Notes: generated by a model not told the origin, from the sequence alone. Positions 1 through 8,258 are shown, numbered from the stretch's first letter. The stretch: DNA of 31,107 nucleotides from Candidatus Rifleibacteriota bacterium (GCA_051747585.1 JBNJGH010000034.1:1-31107); one strand, 5' to 3'. Numbers and translations are program-made.

Positions 1-2
1 AG

Positions 3-158
3 GGAAAAATGATTCTGGGTAACGTTAATGAGCAAAGCCTTATGGAAATATGGCAGTCAGATAAAGCCCGGGCAATTCGTCGTGCACATTTATCGCAGAA
101 TTTGTCAGAATTACCTGTAATCTGTGGCGGTTGCACAGATTGGTACCATAATCTTTAA
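3..158 (+). CDS. 3' fragment of a radical SAM protein with SPASM/twitch domain (runs off the window start)
   Basis: Frame 3 is open from the window edge and reads GKMILGNVNEQSLMEIWQSDKARAIRRAHLSQNLSELPVICGGCTDWYHNL* (TAA 156-158). LGNV..QSL.EIW.S plus a terminal CxxC is the typical SPASM tail. Confidence 0.8.
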   Translation, partial: GKMILGNVNEQSLMEIWQSDKARAIRRAHLSQNLSELPVICGGCTDWYHNL

Positions 159-216
159 ATATTTATCTTAATTCTCAAAATTTAAGCAAAAATTTTGGAG
201 CGCTTGTCTTTACTAA

Positions 217-252
217 AAAGAGACTATCTCAGATAACAGAGATAGTCTCTTT
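217..252. terminator. Probable bidirectional intrinsic terminator between convergent genes
   Basis: Perfect 14-bp stem aaagagactatctc (217-230) / gagatagtctcttt (239-252) with an 8-nt loop. It is A-rich on the left, T-rich on the right, and lies between stops at 158 (+) and 284 (-). Confidence 0.75.
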
Positions 253-283
253 GAGTATTAGTTTTTAGCAAAAACTAACAATG

Positions 284-1348
284 TTAGTTACGCATTTTTG
301 CGCATTTTGCACATTTTTTGTCAATACCCATGAGTTTAAACTCTTTGCACATTGGACAGTGGGCTTTTTTTACTTTTTTCATGCCGTGTTTTTTATGATC
401 GCAGTTTTTATGCAATTGCTGCCCTTTGTCTTGATGAGAGCATTTCCCGCTTACTTTGCAGCAGCGTTTTGTTTTGTAATTGGGGCAACTTGGACAATCA
501 ATGCCGCCATTACATTTAACTTTTTTGTCCATTTTTATGCCGCATTTTGATTTCGAGGGGCAAACTGCACAATTGTGGCTTTTTTTCTTCGCTTTGCGAA
601 CTTCTTTTTTGTGAGAGCATTTTCCGCTTATTTTGCAGCAGCGTTCGGTTTTGTAATTGGGGCAACTTGGGCAATCAATGCCGTCATTACATTTAACTTT
701 TTTATGCGTTTTTTTGCCGCAGCTCATTTTGGAAGAGCAGCCGGAACAATCATGCATTTTCTTTTTGTTTTGATAGTATTTCTTTTTATGTTTATATTCC
801 GGTTTGCTGTAGATTTCGTCTTTTAAACAGGGGTCGGTGCCCACACATGGGTCTTTGCGTGGCGTCTTGTCATAGCGATGATATTTTTTGTGAAACTTAC
901 GTCTTGGCTTTTTATTGTAGCGATGATAAACACCTTTTTTTTCTTCTTTTTCAAGGTGTTTGTACTGTTGTTTGCAGTTGCAGATCCTTTTGCCACACTT
1001 CTGACAAATAGGGCCTTTCCCGCAGTCGCAAAGCAGTTTTCCGCAGGTTTCGCAAAAAGTTTTTTCTTCTTTTTGATTCTCGTATTTGCCTGCGGCTACG
1101 TCTTGAAGATATTGATCCCATTCTGCTTTTTTTTCTGCAAATGATTTTTCTACTGCAGCCAGCATTTCGCTATCCTGGGGAGTCGGGTCGTCGCGGGTGA
1201 GCAGCCTTAAAATCTGCTGGCGCATAATCTGCATCTGAGCAATGTGATCAAGCCATTTTTGTGAGCTTACATCATTTATGTCGGCCGCATAAGCGGTTCC
1301 CGAAAAAGCCAGCAAAAGACCTAAAATTACTAAATAAAACTTTTTCAT
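284..1348 (-). CDS. Secreted Cys/Lys/His-rich repeat protein (metallothionein-like C-terminal two-thirds), function unknown
   Basis: 354-aa ORF with a strong SD (AGGAGG) and a Sec-type signal peptide MKKFYLVILGLLLAFSGTAYA. It has a helical Cys-free N-domain, 33 Cys by my count, two CxxCGKxxCxC motifs and a 48-aa internal duplication. Confidence 0.8.
   Translation of the reverse strand: MKKFYLVILGLLLAFSGTAYAADINDVSSQKWLDHIAQMQIMRQQILRLLTRDDPTPQDSEMLAAVEKSFAEKKAEWDQYLQDVAAGKYENQKEEKTFCETCGKLLCDCGKGPICQKCGKRICNCKQQYKHLEKEEKKGVYHRYNKKPRRKFHKKYHRYDKTPRKDPCVGTDPCLKDEIYSKPEYKHKKKYYQNKKKMHDCSGCSSKMSCGKKTHKKVKCNDGIDCPSCPNYKTERCCKISGKCSHKKEVRKAKKKSHNCAVCPSKSKCGIKMDKKVKCNGGIDCPSCPNYKTKRCCKVSGKCSHQDKGQQLHKNCDHKKHGMKKVKKAHCPMCKEFKLMGIDKKCAKCAKMRN
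434..754. repeat. Intragenic direct repeat, two copies of about 144 bp (434-577 and 611-754), period 177 bp
   Basis: Both copies share e.g. gagagcattt.ccgctta.tttgcagcagcg...ttttgtaattggggcaacttgg.caatcaatgccg.cattacatttaacttt. They encode HxCxxCxSKxxCG...KKVKCNxGIDCPSCPNYKTxRCCKxSGKCSH. Confidence 0.9.
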
Positions 1349-1374
1349 TAGTTCCTCCTAACGATATTTTTCTT

Positions 1375-1404
1375 ATTCTAACTTTTACCTTATGTAAAAG
1401 TAAA
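1375..1404 (-). promoter_or_regulatory. Candidate sigma70 promoter with a palindromic operator upstream of the Cys-rich gene
   Basis: The minus strand reads TTTACT-18bp-TAGAAT. A perfect 8-5-8 inverted repeat ACTTTTAC-n5-GTAAAAGT (1381-1401) runs from inside the -35 to the -10 and has no U-tract after it. Confidence 0.5.
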
Positions 1405-2193
1405 TCACTCTTTTTCTCCTTTTCGAAAAGAATTGAAAATCATCTGGTCATTGGTAACCTTGATCTCTTTTAAATTTAACTTGAATGGAAATTCCTCCAG
1501 GTTAAAGATGGGATTAATTTTTCTGGTAATCATCCCGGTAAAAGAACGGGGCATAGCCATTCTATTGACTTTCATCCGCTTGGGGTGAAACCATATTTCC
1601 TGGGAATTTTTAATAGAAAATACTCCTCTTGCCCAGAATTCAACTTTTGCCCAGCCATATCTGGTAGAGCCTGAGAGCTCTATTTTGCCATTTTTCATAT
1701 TAATTCGCGGCCTGTTTACTTTTATTGACTTGCTCTTCTTTTCAAGAAAGCTGTTCATATCTTTTTCTTTAATTACAACATACATGTTAATGTTGCTCAT
1801 TTTAACCGGATCAATTTCTTCTTTTTCCAGTAGCTTTCTGGTATCGATCCAGACATTTTCAAAGTCGATGTCGGCGGTGTTAAGCATCAGGTTGTCCACC
1901 GAACCGTTCGATGTAAAAACTTCAACCCTTTTTAAGTGCCCTTTAATGGTTTCTTCTCTATTAAATTCGGTTATATCTATAGTCAGAGTTGCAGGGTCTG
2001 TTAAAACCTTTTTCATGGATTTAATAAGTTTTCGATGAATTATTGAGGTATCCGAGGCTATTTGAGCTGCAATCTCGGGGTCGGACGTTATGGGCGGCTT
2101 ATTTTCTCCAGACAGCTGATTACAAAAAAGAACCAGTACTATTATAAAAAAAGGAACGACATACTTATTTCTCAGGCATTTTTCTTTTATCAT
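1405..2193 (-). CDS. DUF2993/LmeA-like phospholipid-binding protein with N-terminal signal/anchor
   Basis: N-terminal hydrophobic segment followed by a beta-rich body (GHLKRVEV..VDNLML..ADIDFENV; IKEKDMNSFL; NPIFNLEEFPFKLNLKEIKV), a pattern I associate with DUF2993. Confidence 0.6.
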   Translation of the reverse strand: MIKEKCLRNKYVVPFFIIVLVLFCNQLSGENKPPITSDPEIAAQIASDTSIIHRKLIKSMKKVLTDPATLTIDITEFNREETIKGHLKRVEVFTSNGSVDNLMLNTADIDFENVWIDTRKLLEKEEIDPVKMSNINMYVVIKEKDMNSFLEKKSKSIKVNRPRINMKNGKIELSGSTRYGWAKVEFWARGVFSIKNSQEIWFHPKRMKVNRMAMPRSFTGMITRKINPIFNLEEFPFKLNLKEIKVTNDQMIFNSFRKGEKE

Positions 2194-2212
2194 TTTAATC
2201 CAATTCTAACTT

Positions 2213-3658
2213 TTAATAAGTCTCAAAAAAATGTTCTTTTTTCATTCTAAGTGATTTTAGTTGATTTTTCCATATATCCCATAGGGTTGTTCCGTTAAAG
2301 TTTTTAATTATATCGGCAAGATTGAATTCTTTGAGATATGGCTTTGTTGCCAGACTATGATTAACTGATATGTTGTAAAGCTTCTGGGGCAGTATTTCAA
2401 TGTTGCCGGCACTCAAATCTCGAACTTCGCCAGAGAAAATTCTAAAACTTATGCCGGCAAATTGGGGCATCTGGCTGCCATGAAATTTAACGATTTTGTT
2501 TAACAGCTTCAACAACTCTTTGCCGCTTATTCTAAATCTATAGCATCTTTCATTGGCAAAACTTGTCAGGCAGTCGGCAACGCTGATTACGTTGTCGTTT
2601 TTAAATTTCTCCTTCGGCGGAAAAACTATAGCAATGTCACTGCTCATATAACTTCGAACAAATTCGGCATGAAGCGCAGGTGAAAAGCGAAAAGCGGTAG
2701 TTGAGGGCTGAAGCGTTACAGGTATAAAGGCGAGAGTTTCATAAAGTGCCTGGGATAAGATTTTGTTCAACCTGCGATTGTTATTTTTTCTTGATGAAAA
2801 TTTGTTGTAAGGAAGTCTTCTTATTGTCAGGCGGGGACGAGCAAAATTTCTTCTGATTAACTTTACCAGAGGCAGTCTCTTTTCGCCTTCCGATAAAGAA
2901 AATACAAAAACCTTATCAATCAGCTCAGGGTTATAGGTTGAAAAATCAGCCTTTTCCCCCGGCAATGGGACTTGAACCAGCAAATGATTCCCTGGCCATT
3001 GGTTAAGCTCCTTTACGAGCTTATAGCATTTTTCCTTTGGTAAATGGGCGATGCTTATAACTATGTCTTTATTTTCGATTTCAGGGGCGATTCTTCGTAG
3101 CGCTCTTTGTGAGTTTTCCGGGATAAGTTTGCCCCAGTTCCGGAGCGGTAGTTTCTGCATTGCCTCAGTATCGATAAAATTAAATATCCAGAAGTTGGTG
3201 CCCTTTAACCTTATTTTTACAAATGGTGTGAAAATATTATGGCCATCATCGGGTTCAAAATTAGAAATTATCTGTTTTCTTAGCTCGACCGGCAAAATCT
3301 GATTGCGATAAATCATAAGATCTGCCGGCCCCGGAGCCATAGCCCGGGGATTGCATCGCGATAAAACTTCTTTTTCAGCTTTTCCGTTAATTAAAAAGCT
3401 TGGTAAATGATAAATAGATGAATTATTGCCCGGTGAAATAACCAGATTGGTGTCTTTTTTACTTAAAGCTTTTATCAGATCGGGGGCTTTAAAACATGAT
3501 GAAAAGTTTATATTAAGCTCGTTGTCGAGCTCTACTGCTTTTCCTCTAAGATTACCGGGAAAAAATATTTGAATGTCGTCGAAATTTTTACAGAAAGCCG
3601 GCAAGGTAAAAGAAAAGATAATTGAAAGACAGACTGTTATTTTAAAAAAAGTCTTCAT
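2213..3658 (-). CDS. Exported 5'-nucleotidase-like protein (calcineurin-like N-domain plus 5'-nucleotidase C-domain) with degenerate catalytic motifs
   Basis: Signal peptide present. The C-terminal DIAIV...ISVADCLTSF.N...RISGKELLKLL...PQFAGISF...YNISVN matches the 5'-nucleotidase C-domain layout. The N-terminal metal motifs appear replaced (FPGNLRG, SPGNN, APGPADL). Confidence 0.6.
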   Translation of the reverse strand: MKTFFKITVCLSIIFSFTLPAFCKNFDDIQIFFPGNLRGKAVELDNELNINFSSCFKAPDLIKALSKKDTNLVISPGNNSSIYHLPSFLINGKAEKEVLSRCNPRAMAPGPADLMIYRNQILPVELRKQIISNFEPDDGHNIFTPFVKIRLKGTNFWIFNFIDTEAMQKLPLRNWGKLIPENSQRALRRIAPEIENKDIVISIAHLPKEKCYKLVKELNQWPGNHLLVQVPLPGEKADFSTYNPELIDKVFVFSLSEGEKRLPLVKLIRRNFARPRLTIRRLPYNKFSSRKNNNRRLNKILSQALYETLAFIPVTLQPSTTAFRFSPALHAEFVRSYMSSDIAIVFPPKEKFKNDNVISVADCLTSFANERCYRFRISGKELLKLLNKIVKFHGSQMPQFAGISFRIFSGEVRDLSAGNIEILPQKLYNISVNHSLATKPYLKEFNLADIIKNFNGTTLWDIWKNQLKSLRMKKEHFFETY

Positions 3659-3660
3659 AT

Positions 3661-4746
3661 CTATTTGTTTATATTTGCTAAAACTTTGAATCCGGCGAGG
3701 GCAAAAAGAATATTTTGCATCCAGGCGGCAAGCATGGGTGCAAGATGTCCGGATTTGCCCAGGGCTGTAAAAACGCTCATTAAAACATAATAAAGGAAAA
3801 TTATAAGCATTGAAACACCGAAGCCAATAAATGCACCACTTCTGCTGTTTGTAATTCCAAAACTGGCTCCTATTATGGCAAAAAAGAAACTGGCAAACGG
3901 CAAAGAAGTTTTTTTTGCCAGCTCTACTCTTAGCTCTGTTGTATCCATAAATTTAGTTCGTTCATAGGTGTCAATTCTGTTTTTTAATTCCAGGTAACTC
4001 ATTTCTTTTGGTTCTTTGCTTTGCCGAGCAAAATCCGAGGGCTTCTCGATTATTGCAGGTATCGTAAGTTCCGGTCTAGTGACCGGCTCTGCAACGGCTT
4101 CACCGTTTTTGTAGTTTTGTTCAACTACCCCAATAAACACCCAGTGTTTTCCATTCCATTTTGCAGTGGCTGCAGATAGCCTTCTGGTTAGAAATCCCTT
4201 TTTATCATAGTATTCAAGCAAAACTTTTTCCATGCGGCCTTTTTTTTCATAAACTTTTCTGGCATAGGCAAAGGCTCCATCTGAAACCCTCATAATAGAG
4301 TTCTCTGAAGCTTTTGGTTCAACCAGTTTCATTATTTCGTATCGTTTAATATTGCGGGCGTTTTGATTTGAGGTGGGTACGATAAGTTCGTTAAACATAA
4401 AACTCAGCAGGGTAATAAGAAGAGCAAAGGCTATTACAGGTACAAGAATTCGGTAAAAATTTAAGCCTCCGGCTTTTAAGGCAATGGTTTCAGAGTCTTT
4501 TGACATTCTCCCGAATACCAGAAGATTTGCAAGAAGAACTGACATGGGAAATGTAAACACCATATCTTGAGGTAATCTGTTTAAAAACCATCTCAGCATA
4601 ATAGAAAAACTTACATCTTCGTTTACTATCCGCTGAAGGGCAGACATTAAAGGATCGATGGCAATAATGGTTACAAAGAGAAAGAAACCAAAAAGAAAAG
4701 GGCCTATTAACTGCAATATTATGTATTTGTCGAGTATTCTAATCAT
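3661..4746 (-). CDS. LptF/LptG family LPS export ABC transporter permease
   Basis: MIRILDKYI start, GRMSKDSETIALKAGGL motif, NELIVP, a periplasmic beta domain, and C-terminal LAPMLAAWMQN; 361 aa. Confidence 0.93.
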   Translation of the reverse strand: MIRILDKYIILQLIGPFLFGFFLFVTIIAIDPLMSALQRIVNEDVSFSIMLRWFLNRLPQDMVFTFPMSVLLANLLVFGRMSKDSETIALKAGGLNFYRILVPVIAFALLITLLSFMFNELIVPTSNQNARNIKRYEIMKLVEPKASENSIMRVSDGAFAYARKVYEKKGRMEKVLLEYYDKKGFLTRRLSAATAKWNGKHWVFIGVVEQNYKNGEAVAEPVTRPELTIPAIIEKPSDFARQSKEPKEMSYLELKNRIDTYERTKFMDTTELRVELAKKTSLPFASFFFAIIGASFGITNSRSGAFIGFGVSMLIIFLYYVLMSVFTALGKSGHLAPMLAAWMQNILFALAGFKVLANINK

Positions 4747-4773
4747 GTGTCAGCTTTATGGGTAATATAAGAT

Positions 4774-4801
4774 TTGAAAAAAAATTGTTCAGTGGTATTA
4801 T
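4774..4801 (+). promoter_or_regulatory. Candidate sigma70 promoter for the ugd cluster
   Basis: TTGAAA (4774-4779), a 16-bp spacer ending in an extended-10 TGG, then TATTAT (4796-4801), in the divergent lptF/G-ugd gap. Confidence 0.4.
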
Positions 4802-4853
4802 GGCCTCTGTCTTAAAAAAATTCAACTGTGTATATTAGAAAGGAAGCAGAAAA

Positions 4854-6167
4854 ATGAAAATTGCCATGATCGGAACGGGATATGTAGGACTGGTTTCAGG
4901 AACCTGTTTTGCAGAGTCAGGCAACGACGTAATCTGCGTAGATAACGACGAAAAAAAAATAGAAGAACTGTTAAATGGTAACATACCTATTTATGAGCCT
5001 GGGCTTGAGACTCTGGTTAAACGTAATGTCGAAGAAGATAGACTGAATTTTACCACATCTCTTGAAGATGCCGTGGAAAAATCACTGCTTCTTTTTATTG
5101 CAGTTGGAACACCTCCGGGAGAAGATGGCTCTGCAGACCTTCAGCATGTGCTTAATGTTGCTAGAGGTATTGGTAAGTGCATGACTGAATACAAAATAAT
5201 TATCGATAAATCTACGGTTCCCGTGGGCACCGGAATAAAAGTAAGGAATGCTATCCAGGAAGAGCTCAATAAAAGAGGCGAAAAAATTCAGTTTGACGTT
5301 GTCAGTAACCCGGAATTTCTTAAAGAAGGTAACGCGATCGATGACTTTATGAAACCCGACAGAGTTGTTATTGGCTGCGAAGATGTTAGAACCGGCGAAA
5401 TTATGAAGGAACTGTATTCTCCGTTTGTTAGAACCGGCAAGCCAATTCTGGTAATGGATGTGCCTTCTGCCGAAATGACCAAGTATGCTGCCAATGCAAT
5501 GTTAGCTACCAAGATTTCATTTATGAATGATATTGCCAATCTTTGTGAAAAGCTCGGCGTAGATATCTCCCAGGTAAGACAGGGAATGGGTTCAGACAGC
5601 CGTATCGGTTACTCTTTTATTTTCCCCGGAGCCGGCTATGGCGGTTCATGTTTCCCCAAAGATGTTCAGGCTCTGGTGCGAAGCGGCGGTGAAAGCGGCT
5701 ACAAACTTGAAATTCTTGAAGCGGTAGAAGCGGTAAATTATCGTCAGAAAAGAGTTTTGTTCTCAAAACTTAAAAAGCGATTTGACTCTCTGGAAGGCAA
5801 GACTGTGGCGGTCTGGGGACTTTCTTTTAAACCCAATACCGATGATATGAGAGAAGCCCCCTCAATTGTTTTAGTCGAACAGCTGCTGGATGCGGGTGCA
5901 AAAGTTGTTGCTTATGATCCGGAGGCTGTTAGAGAAGCTAAAAAGATTTTCGGCGACAAAATAACCTACGGCAAAAAATCTTATGATGTGCTTGATAGTG
6001 CCGATGCTCTTGTAATAGTTACCGAATGGAACGAATTCAGAAGACCGGATCTGGATCGTATCAAATCATTGCTAAAGAAACCAATTATAATAGATGGGCG
6101 CAATCTTTTCGAACCCTCTAAAATGAAGGCACTCGGATTTGATTACGAAGGAATTGGGAGGAGCTGA
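4854..6167 (+). CDS. ugd: UDP-glucose 6-dehydrogenase
   Basis: GTGYVG Rossmann motif, AVGTP, KSTVPVGT, SNPEFLKEG, catalytic GYGGSCFPKD, FKPNTDDMRE and DGRN. Confidence 0.96.
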   Translation: MKIAMIGTGYVGLVSGTCFAESGNDVICVDNDEKKIEELLNGNIPIYEPGLETLVKRNVEEDRLNFTTSLEDAVEKSLLLFIAVGTPPGEDGSADLQHVLNVARGIGKCMTEYKIIIDKSTVPVGTGIKVRNAIQEELNKRGEKIQFDVVSNPEFLKEGNAIDDFMKPDRVVIGCEDVRTGEIMKELYSPFVRTGKPILVMDVPSAEMTKYAANAMLATKISFMNDIANLCEKLGVDISQVRQGMGSDSRIGYSFIFPGAGYGGSCFPKDVQALVRSGGESGYKLEILEAVEAVNYRQKRVLFSKLKKRFDSLEGKTVAVWGLSFKPNTDDMREAPSIVLVEQLLDAGAKVVAYDPEAVREAKKIFGDKITYGKKSYDVLDSADALVIVTEWNEFRRPDLDRIKSLLKKPIIIDGRNLFEPSKMKALGFDYEGIGRS

Positions 6168-7171
6168 TGAAACTTATACTGCCTGTTGCGGGAAAAGGTA
6201 CCAGATTACGTCCTCATACTTTTTCCAAACCCAAGTCTCTGGTTTCTGTGGCCGGAAGAACGGTTTTGCAACATGTTATCGACAGTCTTAAAAAATTGCC
6301 GGTCGATGAATTTATAATTATTACCGACGAAAATGGTCAGAAAATTAAAGATTACCTGGGCAAAAACTATCCTGATCTCAAAGCAACCTATATTCCGCAA
6401 AAACAGCTGCTCGGGCCTGCTCATGCCGTGTCTCTGGCAGAGCCCAGAATTAACCCGGGCGACGATGTGCTGGTTGTTTTTAATGACACCCTTTTTGTGA
6501 CTGACCTGGGGAGAATTCCGCGGCTTTGCGAAGATTTAGACGGACTTATTTATTCAAAAGAGGTCGAGAATTATCAGCGCTTTGGCGTAAATGTCATGAA
6601 AGACGGCGTAATAGTCGATATGGTCGAAAAGCCTGATGAGCCGGTAAGCAAGCTTGCTCAGGTTGGGCTTTATTATTTGAAGGATGGTAAAACCTTCATG
6701 GACTATATCAAAAAAGCCATGGAACAAAATTTAACCGTCAAGGGCGAATTTTATTTGCCCGATGTTTTCAGACTCATGATCAAAGACGGCATGAAACTTG
6801 GCGCCCCGGAAATTGAGGAATGGCTCGATTGCGGTAAACCTTCGACCTTGTTGCAGACAAACAGATTCTTGCTCGAAAGATCGACAAAAAGTCATCTGTG
6901 TATCGAAGGCTGTGTGATTATACCTCCGGTTTTTATTCATCCTTCGGCAAAGGTTTTTCACAGCGTGATCGGTCCTTATGCTTCGATTGGTCGCAACTGC
7001 GAGGTTAATGATTCAATTATCAGAGACTCGATTATCAACCCCGATTCAGTTTTGAACAATGCCATGCTCGAAAAATCGATAGTTGGAGATTCTGTTGAGT
7101 TAACCGGACAATTTCAGAGTTTGAATATCGGCGACAACAGTATGATAGACCTGAGTGGCAAAAACAATTAA
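6167..7171 (+). CDS. Sugar-1-phosphate nucleotidyltransferase (long glucose-1-phosphate thymidylyltransferase-like, with C-terminal left-handed beta-helix)
   Basis: ILPVAGKGTRLRPHTFSKPK, VEKP, WLDCG and a hexapeptide-repeat tail (IIPPVFIHPSAKV..SVIGPYASIG). TGATG overlap with ugd. Confidence 0.9.
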   Translation: MKLILPVAGKGTRLRPHTFSKPKSLVSVAGRTVLQHVIDSLKKLPVDEFIIITDENGQKIKDYLGKNYPDLKATYIPQKQLLGPAHAVSLAEPRINPGDDVLVVFNDTLFVTDLGRIPRLCEDLDGLIYSKEVENYQRFGVNVMKDGVIVDMVEKPDEPVSKLAQVGLYYLKDGKTFMDYIKKAMEQNLTVKGEFYLPDVFRLMIKDGMKLGAPEIEEWLDCGKPSTLLQTNRFLLERSTKSHLCIEGCVIIPPVFIHPSAKVFHSVIGPYASIGRNCEVNDSIIRDSIINPDSVLNNAMLEKSIVGDSVELTGQFQSLNIGDNSMIDLSGKNN

Positions 7172-7274
7172 TATCATGGACTGGGCCGGGAACCTGAGAG
7201 ATCTGATGCGTAGGCGCTTATGCCTGCAATTTTCATCAGAAGGCATACCTGAATAAATAAGGAGAAGTTGGCAG

Positions 7275-8258
7275 ATGCTGTCTGGAAAAACTGTTATGAT
7301 AACCGGAGGCACCGGTTCGTTTGGCAATGCTTTCGTTAGAATAGCTTTAGAAAAATTCAATCCTGAAAAGCTTATTATTTACTCTCGCGATGAGTTTAAA
7401 CAGTATCAGATGGCGCAAAAGTTCAATTCTGATAAACTACGCTTCTTTATTGGCGATGTGCGCGACGAAAAAAGACTTTATCGGGCGTTGTCCGGCGGGG
7501 TCGATTATGTCATTCATGCAGCTGCGATGAAGCAGGTTCCCGCATCTGAATACAATCCGTTCGAAGCGGTTCAGACCAATATAATGGGTGCTCAAAACCT
7601 TATCAGTGCCACTCTCGAAACCGGTGTCAAAAACGTAGTTGCGCTGAGCACAGACAAAGCCTGTAATCCCGTCAATCTTTATGGAGCTACAAAACTTTGT
7701 TCTGATAAGCTTTTTATTGCTGCCAATGCCTATTCCGGCAAAATGGTTACCAGATTTGCAGTGGTTAGATATGGAAATGTCATCGGCAGCCGTGGAAGCG
7801 TAGTTCCTTTGTTTAAAGAACTGGCCGAAAGCGGCGAAATTCCCGTGACTGACACCAGAATGACCAGATTCTGGATAACTCTGCCTCAGGCTGTTAAGTT
7901 CGTTGCCGACTCGTTTCAGGTTATGAATGGCGGTGAGCTTTTTATTCCCAAGATTCCAAGTATGAAGCTTGTCGATCTTGCCAGGGCCATTGCTCCTGAT
8001 TGCAAAATCAAGATTATCGGTATCAGACCCGGAGAAAAGCTTCATGAAATAATGATTTCCAGCGATGATGCCCGAAATCTGTATGAGCTTGATGATCGCT
8101 ATATAAAAATGCCCGATTTCCCTTTCTGGAAAACAGTTCTTCCCCAAGGTGCCGGAAAAGTCGAAGATGGCTTTGCCTATACTTCAAACACCAACGAACA
8201 GTGGCTCGATGTTGAGGGGTTGCGTGAATTGCTTCATCAGCAGGGAGTCATTGAATGA
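7275..8258 (+). CDS. pseB: UDP-N-acetylglucosamine 4,6-dehydratase (inverting)
   Basis: ITGGTGSFG, YSRDEFKQ, HAAAMKQVPASEYNP, LSTDKACNPVNLYGATK, RYGNVIGSRGSV and GIRPGEKLHE; SD AAGGAG. Confidence 0.93.
   Translation: MLSGKTVMITGGTGSFGNAFVRIALEKFNPEKLIIYSRDEFKQYQMAQKFNSDKLRFFIGDVRDEKRLYRALSGGVDYVIHAAAMKQVPASEYNPFEAVQTNIMGAQNLISATLETGVKNVVALSTDKACNPVNLYGATKLCSDKLFIAANAYSGKMVTRFAVVRYGNVIGSRGSVVPLFKELAESGEIPVTDTRMTRFWITLPQAVKFVADSFQVMNGGELFIPKIPSMKLVDLARAIAPDCKIKIIGIRPGEKLHEIMISSDDARNLYELDDRYIKMPDFPFWKTVLPQGAGKVEDGFAYTSNTNEQWLDVEGLRELLHQQGVIE

Noticed and set aside
281..1144. Plus-strand Phe-rich ORFs 281-550, 575-826 and 878-1144, two of them similar to each other
   Set aside because: They are antisense shadows of the Lys/Cys-rich gene (AAA read as TTT). 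Their mutual similarity comes from the 177-bp-period duplication, and the minus ORF has the SD and signal peptide.
4777..4784. A8 run in the ugd promoter spacer as a phase-variation site
   Set aside because: A/T runs of 7-9 are common throughout this window, including inside genes, so it is not distinctive.
7185..7255. CTGAGA / CTCTCAGG words suggesting a TPP or glycine riboswitch
   Set aside because: The remaining conserved cores are absent, and the glycine-like words are on the wrong strand.
7437..8147. 236-aa minus-strand ORF
   Set aside because: It lies wholly antisense to the well-conserved pseB and has no recognisable motifs.
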